From positions 2,769,839 to 2,833,838 of the forward strand of contig NW_003314267.1 of the NCBI RefSeq assembly GCF_000143415.4: DNA of 64,000 nt, written 5' to 3'. A program made the position numbers and the translations under genes. This document shows positions 1 through 13,078 of this stretch, piece by piece. The DNA is from Selaginella moellendorffii. Taxonomy: Eukaryota > Plantae > Lycopodiophyta. Below the pieces are notes generated by a model. The model ran no database searches. It had not been told where the DNA came from and was given only the letters and a program-made list of their open reading frames with translations. Every line of letters starts with the position of its first letter. Positions within the stretch are counted from its first letter, which is position 1.

Positions 1-45
1 TTAAACCCTAGCTAAAACTTTTCATTTTGCGTTTTTTCTGAGGAT

Positions 46-3000
46 TCATCTCTCCTGGGCAACAGCACCGCCCGACGACGACGACGACGTGGTTTCCTCC
101 GCACTGCTCCCACAGCCAATCTTTTGCTTGCCCCGCTCTTCATCTCCTCCCGGGAAGCTGGCTCTGGCGAGCTCCCGCAACACCTTGAGTGTCTCCTCCT
201 GCGGCCGCGCCGACGACGACAAGGACAGCGATCTCACCCACTCATTCCACGTCTGTTTCTTGTTTCCTCCCGCTGGCGACCGCGGCAGCTGTGGATCCGG
301 TGCCGGAACCCCCACTCCGGCCTGATCCGGCCGTATGGACCGTGCTTGTTGGAAGTCTGGTGACGGACTGGTGAAGTGCACCACCGGGGCGAGGCCAGTC
401 GCCGGCTGCCTGTTCGCGTGCGGGGTGACGAACTTGGACCACTTTGCACGGGGGACAAACGGCAGCAGCAAGCCCCGCAGCAGCATCTTGAGCCCCAGGC
501 TGAGCGACGGCTGCTCCGCGGATGGCAGGCGGAGCAGCAGTCCCATGAGTGCATACCACTCATTCACAAGCTGCGCTATGAAGGTGACGAGCAGAAAGGC
601 CAGCATGACAAATGCACTAGCCTTGCCATACCGATGCCATGACAGAGCAAGAGCAGTCGCGAAGACTCCCGCTTCACACGCCAGCGACACCGCCTCCACC
701 GCGTGGACGCCCCGCCGAATCAAAGGCTTGAGCAGCATCAAGTAGAGCAGCTGGGACGCGGTGATGAGTAGCGCACTCAGAACCTGGCTTGTTCCACCAC
801 CAATTGCAGCCGGGTACGCGCCAAAAAGGATCCCCAGGGCTGCCCGGCGGAGCATGTCCACAACGATGTAAGCCGTCCTGGCTGCTCCCACAGACCATCT
901 CCTGCTCCATTTGGCAGCGTGCTCCGCCTGCTCGCCCTCCCAGTTGATCCCTTTCATCCTTCCAATGCCGTTGGAGCCACTGTCAACCCATGCCGTCGCC
1001 TCTTGCTCCGCATCCACCACCACCACTTTGGGAGGACCTTTCCGGTCTTCAAACAGCAACCCATACCTGGGCAGAAACGTAGACGACAGCCCGGCCTTGC
1101 GCACCCACCTCCCAAAAGTCCGCTTGCCAACCACGGACGCTAACACTGCTTCATGACACGAGACCTGCTTCCTCCCCACTAAACTCACCTCTTGGTACTG
1201 TACAAATGCCGCATTGCCCACCCCTGCGGCCAGGAAGAGAGAGACGCACAGCATGAACGCGGCAGGCAATCCCAGAAGTATCACGCCTACCACAATCCCA
1301 GCAACGCTGCCTCCTGCCACCCACAATTAAGTAAATTCGTGGTACAGCATTTTTCATGAGCCACGTACCCGATATAACGAATGCACAAGCTTGCGTGATG
1401 CAAGGCAAGGAAAGCAGGGCCAAGAAGAGCTCGAATCTAGGAACCGTGAGGGCTCCCCGCACCGATGTCTTGGTTCGCCATCTCAGAAACGTCAACGTAG
1501 CCAGGTGAACAAGTGTGAGAGCCAGTCCAGCCACCGCCAACCAAAACACATTCCTCTCAAAATCGTGCCACCTTCATAGCCCACTCGGAATGAAGCAAAT
1601 GTTGAAAATGAAGATGGCTTACCCCGTGTACTTGCGCCTCAGCAAGTCTTGAAGAGAAGAAGTAGCTTGCGGTTTCTGCAAGCAGCAGTCAAAAAAGGTG
1701 CCATTGGATTAACAATCTATTCCACAAAACCTCAAAGTAGCTCTGGTATTCGGCAGCTCGTAGAGGAGGTCCGAAAGTAGACGAATTTGAGCCAAGCTTT
1801 CGTCCATGCAATGGCATGGCAGCGTCCAGCCTCCGCCACCTTGTCTCGACCAAAGATGGAGGGGGCTGCGAGTCGATATCAAACGCATCAGACACCGGTC
1901 GGTCCTTCTCCCATGGGACTTTGACGTGTGGAATGAGCCATCGTAGTCCCCTCACGCTTTCAGAATACTCGAGCGGCACGCTCCTAACCGTCAGTCTCTC
2001 GGACAGAGCAAATACCTGGAGGTGACCGACCATTCCCTGGGAATCGAATCGCTTTTTAGGCGGCAGATAGATGCACTTTTTATGCTCTTACCAGCAGATT
2101 TCGTGAAGGATCTGTGACAATAGCACTGACGGTGCTGCTGGTTAGAGCTCCGGCTGCTGCTAAGCTTGCACATGAGATGGAGAGGGCTGCAGAGAACACC
2201 GCTGTTGCGAGCAAGCCAGCAGAAATCAAGGAATAGAGTGCGCCGGATATGGGAGGTACAGTGTCTGCTCACCGGACGGAAACAATCTTTAGTCATGGCC
2301 TTTCAAGACGCAGCGTGCAAACATCGTACAATGCCTCACTCGCAACAAGTTGGATGCCAAGTTTGTGTTCCCAGCAACGTCAGTTGTAGCATTCTCTGGA
2401 ACAAAAACTGAGACAACATCATCTTCCCGAGTAATTGCAACCTCCAGGAAATATGTCGCCTCAGACAACTCCTTGAAACTAACACAAGAAAATCGCATCA
2501 AACCTCGAGACCTCATTGATCTTTGTACCTGGAAACTCTTCCGCCTTCTGTAGACACAGCTGCGGATGTAAACTGAAAGACCGGCTCCGAGAACTGGATC
2601 AGCACTGGAAACAGACGGTTCCTCGTTTTAGCTGGCGACGTCCAGAGCGTGCTAACAAGAGCTTGAGGCCTCACTTGATCTGAAACGAGACAATTCTCTT
2701 GTGAGCACCTCGACAACAACGTAATGATCAGTTACGTCCGCACCAAACAAGAAGCTGGCTGGAGCTACGGGCTGCACACGGGAGCCAGCTCTGCTGATAA
2801 CAAGGCTCGACTGCAGCTCCACGGTGATGACAGCACTCGTAGTTGATATGTTCGTGAGCTGCAAAGAAAGCATGAGTCATTCATAAATGGTCTAGTATTG
2901 TATTCACCCACCAAGAAAGCAAACCTTCGGTTGCCTCGACTCTTTCGTCTGGTAGGCTCAAGCACCCCAAGGTTGGGGCGCAGCAACGCGGACAGCTGCT

Positions 3001-4058
3001 GCGTTGTGTTCAGCACCGGCTCCGTAAAATCCAGGTAGATTTTGAGATCCTCCACCCTGTTGGTGGTCTCGACTGTCCTCGCCACGTTGTTCACAAGAAG
3101 GAGAGAGTCGGCGACGGGCGTCCACAGATTGACGAATACGGCACCGCGATCTGCAAATTGAGAGAGATGATATCAGACTCGTAATGAGCTCATCCACCTA
3201 CCAAAGCGGACAATGACAACCGAGTTGCTGCTTCTGACGAACACGTTACCGGCTGCATCGGAGCACAGAGCTTTGGCCATGACCAGCAGGATCCGGCCCT
3301 TGGCGGTGGAGTTGGAGAGGGAGACGCTCAAGCTGTACTCGACGTTGTCACGAATAACTTTGAACGATGAGGGCAGCAGAGCTCCCGGACCACGCACCAC
3401 CAGCTGAGTAAGCCATGGACAAAAATCACTTGAAATGATTACCACCCTTTCTCCACTTACGGGACAGCTCGACTCGCTTGCGCACGAGAACTGCAAACCA
3501 TTGGGCGCGATGCAGGGTTCACTGAAGACAAAACGCACAGCGACATGGAAGCCGTTGGTGAACGTCTGGCTGGGAACTATGGCGGCTGTGGGAGCGATCG
3601 TGTCTGTGAAAGTCATATCGCATCTGATCAGCCAATAGGAGAGATGCTTAGATCCATATATACCTACGATCCACGAGTAGTGCGCAGAGGCGCGGAGCCC
3701 AGTCGACGTGTTGACAGACACCTCAAACGTATGCCTGGCGTCTCGCAGGTTGCTGTAAGACACTCCCGCGCGGCTCGAGCAATCCTCCGACGCGAGTTGG
3801 TCCAGCTGAAGGGGAGGGAAAGCAAACCATCAAGAGGCAGAAAACGCACAGCCTTAAACCCACCCTGCAGCGAATGGAGCATGGTAATGTGGCACAGGGA
3901 TGGCGCCCTTTCCCATCCAAGACATCAAACTGGAACGAGACGTTGGTGTGGGAGCTTGCCGGCGGGGGCCGGCGCGTGAGCACCACATCCAGTTGCCCCA
4001 AAGTCCCCACCAGCAGCAGCAGCACCTCCAGCAGAACGCCCAATGCCTGCAGCTGCAT
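46..4058 (-). CDS. Multi-exon uncharacterised membrane protein: signal peptide, Ig-like beta domains, C-terminal multi-TM region
   Basis: Hydrophobic N-terminus MQLQALGVLLEVLLLLVG. Ig-like segments DTIAPTA..VRFVFSEP, LDFTEPV and IQFSEPV. Several TM helices in ORFs 1151-1549 and 46-1326. Exons are joined by short GT-AG introns. Resembles a conserved plant uncharacterised family (from memory, At3g48200-like). Confidence 0.8.
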
Positions 4059-4230
4059 TGCCTCTGCTGCCGCTGCTGCTGCTCATGGCTGGTCTCCTTA
4101 AGCCTGCGCCTTGCCCATGCCCTGCGATCGGAACATCCAGCGCCCTTGATGAGCTCTCTCGAGCCCGTGAGATCCGCCTCCAAATCAGCTCTCGGCTAAC
4201 TGGAGCAAATCACGGAATCCGTCGTGTCCG

Positions 4231-4256
4231 AGAGAGAGAGAGAGAGAGAGAGAGAA
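4231..4256. repeat. (GA)n microsatellite upstream of the Ig-like gene
   Basis: Run of gagagaga seen directly. Confidence 0.9.
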
Positions 4257-4536
4257 TCAGGAGAGAGAGCGAACTAGAGAGAATGAGTTTTGATCGCGGT
4301 GTTTTCGCACAACGTACGCTCCTGTTTTGCAGCTAAACAAATCATTATCCTGCCTGTCTGCCGTCGTGGCTTGCAAGGCACTCTGCGTTTTAAACTCTCT
4401 CGCACTCTCGCTAGCTCATATTGCTCGAAACCAAACCCGATAAGGACGGTCCAACACAACAAACTTCGGTGCCACGGCATGCAGCTTTCTTGATTGGCTC
4501 TTGTCGATTGGTTCGCCTACCAGATGGATCGATTAG

Positions 4537-5891
4537 TCAGTCACCTAGGCTGATCCAGGAAGAAGGAAGTGACAGAGCTTCCTCTGCCACACGAGCCCCT
4601 TGTGCCGATAGCTTGGAGTAGATTTGCAGAAGCTCCAGTCGCTCCTGGGGAGTAAGGTGTGCTTCCAAGCCACGGCCAACCATCTCCATGTGAGGCTGTG
4701 GGGAAACGAGTTTTGGAAACTTCATACGTGCACACACTTCGCTTACCGAGTTGGGCTCGGGAGGGAAAACCCGGTGCATGCACACCAGCTGCCTGATGTC
4801 GGACATGGCGTCGCTCATCTTCTCTTGGGCAACGTTCGCCTGCAACCAACCCCTCAGTGGCAGCAATGGACTCAGAAATTCTTACTTACCCACGCCTGCA
4901 AAAATCCTGCACGAGTGCGTGCAGCAACAGCAGCATTCACAATTGAAGCTGCCTTCGCAGGCTCCAAGCCTATATTTGCGGCCAAACCGCACACGAAAGA
5001 CACCATGCTTTCCCCGCCGTATTCCACCTCGCTGTCACCGGAGCTTATTAGCCTGGAAACCACAGCTTTAAGCTAAGCATGGAGACGAACATAGCTACTA
5101 CCTGGAACAGGCAGACAAAACGAATCCGACGGCCGCTCGGAAGAAGGAATCACGAGTGTTTTCGGTGCCAAAATCAACCCTTGCACCAGAGTGTCTGCAA
5201 ATCTGTCTGAGCTGAACACAAGCACACAACACAGCCAGCCTTACCAAACAGTTGAGCTCAAATGCGCGCGTGTGTCTATGTGTATGTGTTTTCTACCTGT
5301 ACAGCGTCCTCCTCGTCGAAGTCTACGCCACCCAAACGCTTGTTGACAACCGCTGCACAAGTCCTGAGGCTCAAGCAAGAGCATATGTGCCACTCCATAA
5401 TATTCCTTACCTCGCACAAGCGCATTGGCCTCGGCTTGAGCAAACGAATCACCGGCGGATGGTGATGATGCGGGGCGCCACCATGCAGGCACCTCCTCCT
5501 TCCTTGGCCGCCGTTGCTGCTGCTGCCGCCTCTCAAGGTTGGATGGGGAATCGTGGAGAGGGATCAGGGGCCTGCTCTGTATCTTGTTGTGCGCGGCAAC
5601 TACGACTTCCCTGCCGCCCAAGCTCCGATCTCTCCTCACCACTAGCTTCCTCTTTCCCCTGGCCGCCAAGGCCATGACAGCCTTGGTCGCCAGAGCCACG
5701 AGAAGCAGGCACAGCGCCCCCAAGCCCATCAAGTCTGCTGCGGACGCGGATCGCCCGGCCACAGCAGCCGAGCAAGTCATAGACACGAGGCTTGCTCGCC
5801 ACTCGTCGCCCCTTCGTGCCATCCGCACAAGGGCATCCCTTGCGCTGCTGCCGAGATCCTCCACCGTGATGCTCACCCTGCTCTCTTCCTC

Positions 5892-5928
<37 letters not shown>

Positions 5929-6053
5929 GTCTTGCCATCCCACTGCCGCCGCCGCCGCCGCTCATGGCGCCGCCTTGCATCACCGTAGCAAGACAGCGGC
6001 ACCAGCCTTTCTGTCCGACTCACGACCGCTCCGCCCAGCACCAGTGCCGCCAT
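4537..6053 (-). CDS. Multi-exon uncharacterised, probably plastid-targeted protein with one TM segment
   Basis: ATG at 6053. Ser/Arg-rich transit-like N-terminus, polyQ, TM segment, RRDRSLGGREVVV. C-terminal exons GLAANIGLEPAKAASIVNAAVAARTRAGFLQAW and FPPEPNS..MEMVGRGL. Stop at 4537. Confidence 0.7.
5895..5928. repeat. (CTG)n trinucleotide repeat encoding polyQ on the minus strand
   Basis: ctgctgctg run; QQQQQQQQQQQ in ORF 5241-6059. Confidence 0.9.
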
Positions 6054-6106
6054 CACCACGACCTAAATCTCTGCCTATTTCGCACCAAAATGTTTCTTTC
6101 TTTAGT

Positions 6107-7641
6107 CTAGGCTACCTCGTGGAGGAATCTCTGGAAAAATACCGCGAGCAAAACGACGGCTACAAGGACCATCCACCACCAACGTGCCGCTGACTTGCCA
6201 TCGCCGCCGGCGGCTGGGGAAGCCCGCAGGTGCTGGAACGACGTCACCGTCCGCTGGATGCCCTCCTCCACTGTGTAGAGCGGCTTGTACTTGAGCAGAG
6301 TCGCGGCTCGGTCGCAGCTGAACGTTCGCCACAAGCTCATGTAGCGTATCCTGGCGGGGGTGAACTGCGTCATCGGGACCCCCAGCGGTGCAAGCTGCTT
6401 GCAAGCCCACTCGGCAATGCAGGCCAGGGGCAGAACCAAGGCGACTGGCAGCTGGTACTGGGGCCTGCATCATGGAACAACGCACAAGGAAGCCAGAGTT
6501 AGCTCATACACTCGATGCAACGCTTGCCCCACGTACCGCGGGTATCCCAATCGCTCCAGGAACTCGGACAGAAACTCCCAGAACTTGACCGGCTCGCAGT
6601 TGGTGATGAAGTAGGCCTGCGAGCAAGCGACCTGACCTCCAGGGAAGGGAGGAACACAATGGCCTTACCTTGCCAGCAGCAACACCGCTTGCATCCACCA
6701 ATGCCTCCTCGGCACACACGTGAGCATGAACCACGTTCTCAACATAGGTCCAGTCGAACTTGTTGTCGCCGCTCCCGATCTGAAACTGAAGCAGTCGAGG
6801 CACACGTGAGTCTCGGCCATCGACACCAGAAGCGCACACCTTGAGCTTGCCTGCTCTGGCTGCTGCCACAATCGACGGTAAAAACAGCCGGTCACCCGGC
6901 CCAAACAGCCCACTCGGGCGGATAGCGCAGGTGGCCAGCCCATGCCTACCGTTGGCATCCAGGACGAGTGCTTCGGCTTGCGCCTTGGTTTCGGAGTACG
7001 AATCCATGAGCTGCAGGTGACAAGCTCCTCAAGTTCACAAGCCAGAGAGGGTGAAAGAGAGAGACAGAGTGCACCTTGGCTGGGTACGCCAGGCTCTCAT
7101 CCGCATCCTTGACCCCATTGATGTAGTCAAACACAACGCTGGGTGAGCTGGTGTAGATGAGCTTGTGCACACCCTGCTCGATGCACGCCTCAATCACATT
7201 GCGCGTGCCTTGCAACACCCAACACTCGGGATCTGATTGCTTGGATGGATGGCCAGCCACTTACCAATCACATTGACCGAGTGGTGCAGCTTCCAGTCGC
7301 TGATGGAGGAATCGGGTGCAGCCATGTGAAAGACAACGGTGGCATGCTCGAGAGCTGTCAAGTCAAAAGGAGGAGAGCGTAGCGTGTCAACCAACCACGC
7401 AAGCGCTTCGTGGCATACAACCTTGAATCACCTGGGGGAGATTGCGGAGATCAACCCCAGCGTATTGCGCCCTGCCGCTCTCCAGAGCCGCGCTCAACGC
7501 CTTCTCCTCATCCGCGTCCACCGCCAGGCCAGCCGCCAGATCCATGATCCGCACCACCTCCCATTTGCCGGATTCCAGCAGCTTGTGCACCAGGTGCCGT
7601 CCCAGGAACCCTCTGCCTCCGGTCACCACCGCACAAGCCAT
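6107..7641 (-). CDS. 3BETAHSD/D: 3beta-hydroxysteroid dehydrogenase/C4-decarboxylase (extended SDR, sterol C4 demethylation)
   Basis: [12 protein letters not shown] motif, [24 protein letters not shown] (YxxxK), [21 protein letters not shown] and a C-terminal TM anchor, split by short introns. Confidence 0.9.
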
Positions 7642-7647
7642 TGCAGG

Positions 7648-9820
7648 TTAGGGCACCTCTGGGAATGGCGCTAAGTTTTCACCGTGCCTGCGCAGCTTGC
7701 ATGGTGGCGGCGGACTGACTGCGGCGGTTTGATTTTCCACCGCCCGCAACGGACGGCTCGACTTGTTCCCGGGGGGCTTGGGCGGCTTGGGGGAGTTGGC
7801 CGTCTTGCACCTCTCGCGACCGTCCCCGCACAGCTGGAAGATGTTCTCGATCCGGGCTCTCCTGGCGGCTGCAGCGCTGGGCGAAGCCGAAGCTGTGGGG
7901 CTTGTAGGGCTGGCCGGACACGTTGACACTTGACCACATGAAGAAGCTTTCTGCTGGAACGCGCAGCTGAAATTGAAGTCAGCGTTTGTCTGTGCCGAAG
8001 ATGGAGGCCCGTTGTCAGCGGCACACGACAGCAGCCTTGGAGAAGCGGCGTGCGATGCCCACGAGTTCAAGCTCTCGACTGCGGATACCTGTGTCAGCTG
8101 CTTCGTGTCCAGACACAACAGCCCCTCCTCCGCTCTCTCCCGGGACTTTGCTACCATTCGCGTTGACTGCTGCAAGCGAACAAGCTCAGCCTCCGCAGTC
8201 TCGGCCCTCAGACGCAACCGCCCAATTTCTTGCTTCTGATCTTCCACAACTCGCTCCAGCTCTGTTAAACGTTCTTGTTCCGAAGACGAACCCACGTCCA
8301 GCCCGGGAGTCCTCTCTCGCACCTCAAGTTCGAGCGCTATGCGCAATTCCTGGCTCTTGAGCTCCATCGCACGACCCATTTCCTTTCTGAACTCCGCCAT
8401 TTTCCCAGACCACTCCGCTTCCACCCTCTCCAAATTCGTCCTCAGATTGGAAAGCTCCATCTCTCTGTCTGCCAGCTTCTCCATCTCCTCCTCGTGATCC
8501 TTCACTTTCTGCTCGTAGTCCGCACGCAGCCTCTCCAGGCACTCGTCTTTGAACTCAAGACGAGCCTGTAGGGCAGCCTCGCTGCTATTCTGACTGCTGC
8601 CGTCTCTAGGGGGAGAAGTTGGAAGCCGAACAATGCACTTGGCTTTGGCTCCGTACTCAAGCGTGCATATCGTTTTGTAGACGTCTCTTGGATCTGGACT
8701 GGCGCACAAAACCATCAATATCTTCGATCCATCGACCTCAAATGAGTCCTGGAGAAAAGGAATATAAGACGATATCGTTCCTAGAGCACTCGCTTGCCTG
8801 TAAGAGCATAGTAAGCTTGCTGTCCCGGTAGGGAATATACGGGTTTCCATTTGCAATACACTCCACAACTCTCTTGAGAGCACTGTTGCCTTGGTTGATT
8901 CTTCCGGTCTGCCAGACGTACAGACAATGGTATGCACTCAATGAAAGACCAGACGGGCGATACCTGCATCTTTGCCTCTGATCCAGCTTGCTCGGAGTTC
9001 TCCGAACCGGCCATGTCCACGAGCACCAGCCTTCCGCCCACACCAAGGATGTTCAGCACGACCTACGGGTGCAACTTTCAAGCTCTGCAGGAGGAAAGAA
9101 GGGGAAAGCGAGTGACGCACCATGCAGTGACTCCGGGAGCTCCTGTCATTGCTGTTGGTGCTCTTCACAACACGTCGTTTCTCAACTCTAGCGATTTCCT
9201 GGACAAGCTTGGTGGGATCTATGCTCGAGATACTGGTAGCATTCCTGACTTTCTTGCCCCGCACCTCCAGCTTGGGCTGCATGCATGAGAGCGTGAGTGG
9301 CGGCAACATAGCCATTCTTGTCAAAGTTTACCCGTCCAGAGATGGACTTAGCACATCTTGGGCCAGGGCTTGAGAGCGGAGTGTTGCCACCGGCCAGAAG
9401 ATCGTACACATCTTCGTTGTAGATCTCGAGGACGTTGGCGCTAACCTCCTGAGCAGCGGTTTTGCTCATGACGTGACGAAGGGCGAGGTAGGCAACACCG
9501 GGTTCCTTGGCCGACCCAAACATGGTGTGACTCTTTCCCGCGCCCGTCGGCCCATACATCATGATCGTGCAGCGGCCACCGCAGCGCACATCGTCCACTC
9601 TCGACTCGACATACCTGGCGTAGAAGGCGGGCAGCTTCTCGTGCGCAGAGAAAGAGACACCGTCGAGTAGGAAGTCGCGGTAGCCCTGATCCGTCTTGAC
9701 GCGCACACACGACCCATTCCCCACCGCCGACAGAGCGGCCGGACAGGATTTAGGATCGGGCTGCTCGCGAATGCGACCCACCACCTCTACCGGATGATTC
9801 CCAGAGCCGCCAGAGCCCAT
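7648..9820 (-). CDS. Kinesin-10 family motor (KIN-10A/PAKRP2-like)
   Basis: PVEVVGRIR, P-loop GPTGAGKSHTM, SSRSH, LVDMAGSEN, PYRDSKLT, TLEYGAKAK, coiled coil, C-terminal RRARIENIFQLCG. Confidence 0.9.
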
Positions 9821-10292
9821 CGCCCACACTGACCTAGAACAAGCTTGGGTCACTAGCCGTTGGGAGAGGACCGCGTGACGTGGCTCATCCACGGCCGTGG
9901 GATCGGTATGGCTCTCTCTCTCTCTTTCTCTCTCTCGTTTCGATCGAGCAGCAATCCTTTCAGAAAAGAAATTCGGTCGCTCTCCGATGTCAAAAGAGCT
10001 TTTAGTTTGGTGGATGGATGGATGGATGAATGTGGAAGAGAACCGCACCATCTGGTAAGGCAGTCAGAGCACGGCTTCTTGGGTGATTGTTATGGGAGCA
10101 TCGAATCTCTCGAGTGATCGATCGACGAGTATCTTCGATCGATCACCAAAAAGTTGATGGGGAGCACTCTTCCCTTTCCTCTTTAGCTCCCCGTGGCTTG
10201 GGCACTCCATGCATTTGGTGCCTGGCCTATAAGTAGATGATGATAGACCACTCTGGATGTGATCTGTGTGCTCGGCTCGCCTGTTTTTGGTC

Positions 10293-12111
10293 ATGGCTGA
10301 GGAGAAGCTTCACTCCGATCGCTCCGACTCGTTTCGTGTCTTGGAGTTGGAAGCCAAGGACACGTTTAACGATGATCCCCGTCTCATGGATCAAGTGCAC
10401 GAACCGGTCGGCAGCAAACAGTCCAAAAACTACCAGCGCTTCAGCTCGCAGCTCGGCAGCACCCCCAATCCGGATTTGCACCGATGGAGGAGAAGCTTCT
10501 CGGGTGTAATGCGACGGGAGGAGCCCCTGTCTCCGTGGAAGAGGCGCACTCCGGATACGTACACCATGTTCCAGACAAGGTCTCCCATGTCTAGGCTCAG
10601 TTTCAACTCAAGGAACCGCGACACCAGTGCCGCTGCTGCTGCTGCCGCCACCGCCGCCACCACCGCTGCTGCTGTTAATGGCGATCCCACCTCACCACGA
10701 CCACTCGAGGCAAATGTCCCTGCGGGTCGATACCTTGATGCGCTTCAGGGACCCGAGCTGGAAGTTCTCAAGGTAACTTTACACTAGAGTAAAAGGTGAT
10801 GAGCTGAATTTTAAACGTGCGCGCAGGAGAGTGAAGACTTGCTGCTCCCAACGGACCAGACGTGGCCCTTTTTGCTCCGCTTCCCCATCAACTCGTTCGG
10901 TATCGTGCTGGGTCTAGGCAGCCAGACCATCTTGTGGAAGAAGCTGTCCCTCATGCCTTCGATGCGCTTCCTTCACATCCCCCTCCACATTAACTTCGTC
11001 CTGTGGTGTGTCGCCTTGTGCGCCTACACCCTCATTTCCCTCACTTATGTATGCAAGTGCATCTTCTACTTTGAGGCTGTGAGGCGTGAGTTCTACCACC
11101 CGGTGCGCATCAACTTCTTCTTTGCTCCCTGGGTGTGCGGCATGTTTCTCACGCTCGGGGTGCCCCCCACCATCGCCGCCTCCATCCATCCCGCCGCCTG
11201 GCTCGTCTTCATGTCGCCCCTGGTGGTGCTGGAGCTTAAGATCTATGGCCAATGGTTGTCCGGAGGGGAGCGGAGGCTGTCCAAGGTGGCCAACCCCGCC
11301 ACGCACGTCTCCATTGTGGGCAACTTTGTGGGGTCGCTGCTGGGCGCCACAGTCGAGTGGAAGGAGCTCGCAACCTTCTTCTGGGCCGTGGGCATCGCGC
11401 ACTATGTCGTCGTCTTCGTCACGCTCTACCAACGATTGCCAACCAACGAGCTGCTGACGCGGGACATGCACCCTGTCTACTTCCTCTTTCTCGCGGTTCC
11501 CAGCACCGCTAGTGTTGCCTGGGAAAAGATCACCAGCGACTTTGGATACGTTTCCAAGCTCGTTTTTTTTCTCGGCCTCTTCTTGCTCTTCTCGCTGGTA
11601 GAAAAGCTCAAGCTTAGTCTCAAGTTGCTAACATCTAGCTCCGCTTTTACATGCAGGTTGTTCGCGTCAGTATCTTTCGTGGCTTCAAGTACTTACTTTA
11701 AAGCCCTCTCCATCATTTTGCTCTAACACGGCTGTGCTGTGCTACAGGTTCTCTTTGACGTGGTGGGCATACACATTCCCTCTCACGGCTGTTGCCATTG
11801 CCTCGATTCACTACGCAGTGAGAGAACCCGGCTTGTTTACGCAAGGCCTGGCCACAGTAATTTCATTCGTGGCGGTCACTGTTGTCTTCCTTTTGTTTGT
11901 CTTCACTCTCGTCCATGCGTTTGTGTGGAGGACACTCTTTCCGAACGACATTGCCATTGCAATCACGCGCAAGAAGCGCAGAGGCAAGCCCGCGAGAAAG
12001 AACATCCTACATAGCAGTGGTTCATTCGACAAAGAAACGAACCAGGCCATGGAGGACAATTCCAAGACCCGCAGAGTACCTTCTGTAACAATTTCGGTCG
12101 GCTGTAGCTAG
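10293..12111 (+). CDS. S-type anion channel, SLAC1/SLAH family. Exons approx. 10293-10772, 10827-11597, 11657-11688, 11748-12111
   Basis: WPFLLRFPI, EFYHPVRINFFFAPW, KIYGQWLSGGERRLSKVANP, FSLTWWAYTFP, LFPNDIAIAIT. GT-AG junctions restore the frame. Confidence 0.92.
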
Positions 12112-13078
12112 GTAATAAGAATAACAAGAACATGTTTACCTACCTACAGTTATAGCATGCGCGCTCGGCATTTATCTGAATGGCTACATTTTGGTGTCAT
12201 GTTGAGCATTGGCTTGTCCCTTTTTCCCCAGTAGATCTCTTGAGTATATTACATGTACTTTTAAACTCCATCAATCCTAGCGGCACCTCGGTTTCACCTT
12301 CTTCTTGGTTGGTGCTCACAAGCTGTTAAACCCAGGATTCAGCTGCCACGGAACTAATATGGACTCTACATTAAACTGAAAATCAGCTTCAAGGACCATG
12401 TAACAACTTCAAGCTTCCAAATTTATGAAATTCGAACAGAAAAGCAAAAGCTGCCGTGCTTGCTGGAGCTACTGGAATTTCCCATGTGGCTGATATTAAT
12501 GAGATCCTGTCCACGAGTGCTGTTACTTTCACCCACACTTCTAAAGTCTTTAAATGACGTTTTAGTTCTGATGTCGCTATCAACGCTGATGTTATAAATA
12601 TCGTTGTACACAACACCATTGCCTTGTACTATGATAAGAAAAAAATGGCCACAGGCCACTTATTTCCTGTCAATGAAAAATAGAAATAAAAAATTCGATA
12701 GTCGCGACAGAGAGAAAATGCAAAAGATGGCCTTGTAGAAACAGCAAAGGGTGCACTTGTATCTTGTTTTCTTCCTTGAAATGCGAAGCGAATGTTTCTT
12801 GCGCTGAACAAAGAAATTTGAGATGCTAGTTTTCGAACTTGTACCTGCGATGCTCAGTGTTCACTCTTTAGCTCTATGAACCAAATGCCATGGCGTTATG
12901 TTGGCCCGATTGGATGGAGAAGAAGAATTAAAGGAGGCAAGGGAAACGGATGATCTGATGTTGGCCATCCTCTGTATCCTTGTGACTTCGATCGGTGGCT
13001 CTCAAATTCACTAGCTTGGCTAAGTAATTGATCACATCGAAATGACTTCTCCCCGCCTCACCCTTCTTTTGATGCAGG

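Noticed and set aside
7648-7650. U-to-C editing of the kinesin stop codon
   Set aside because: Such editing is organellar and this locus is nuclear; there is no supporting evidence.
89-9700. Numerous plus-strand ORFs
   Set aside because: Antisense shadows of GC-rich minus-strand exons.
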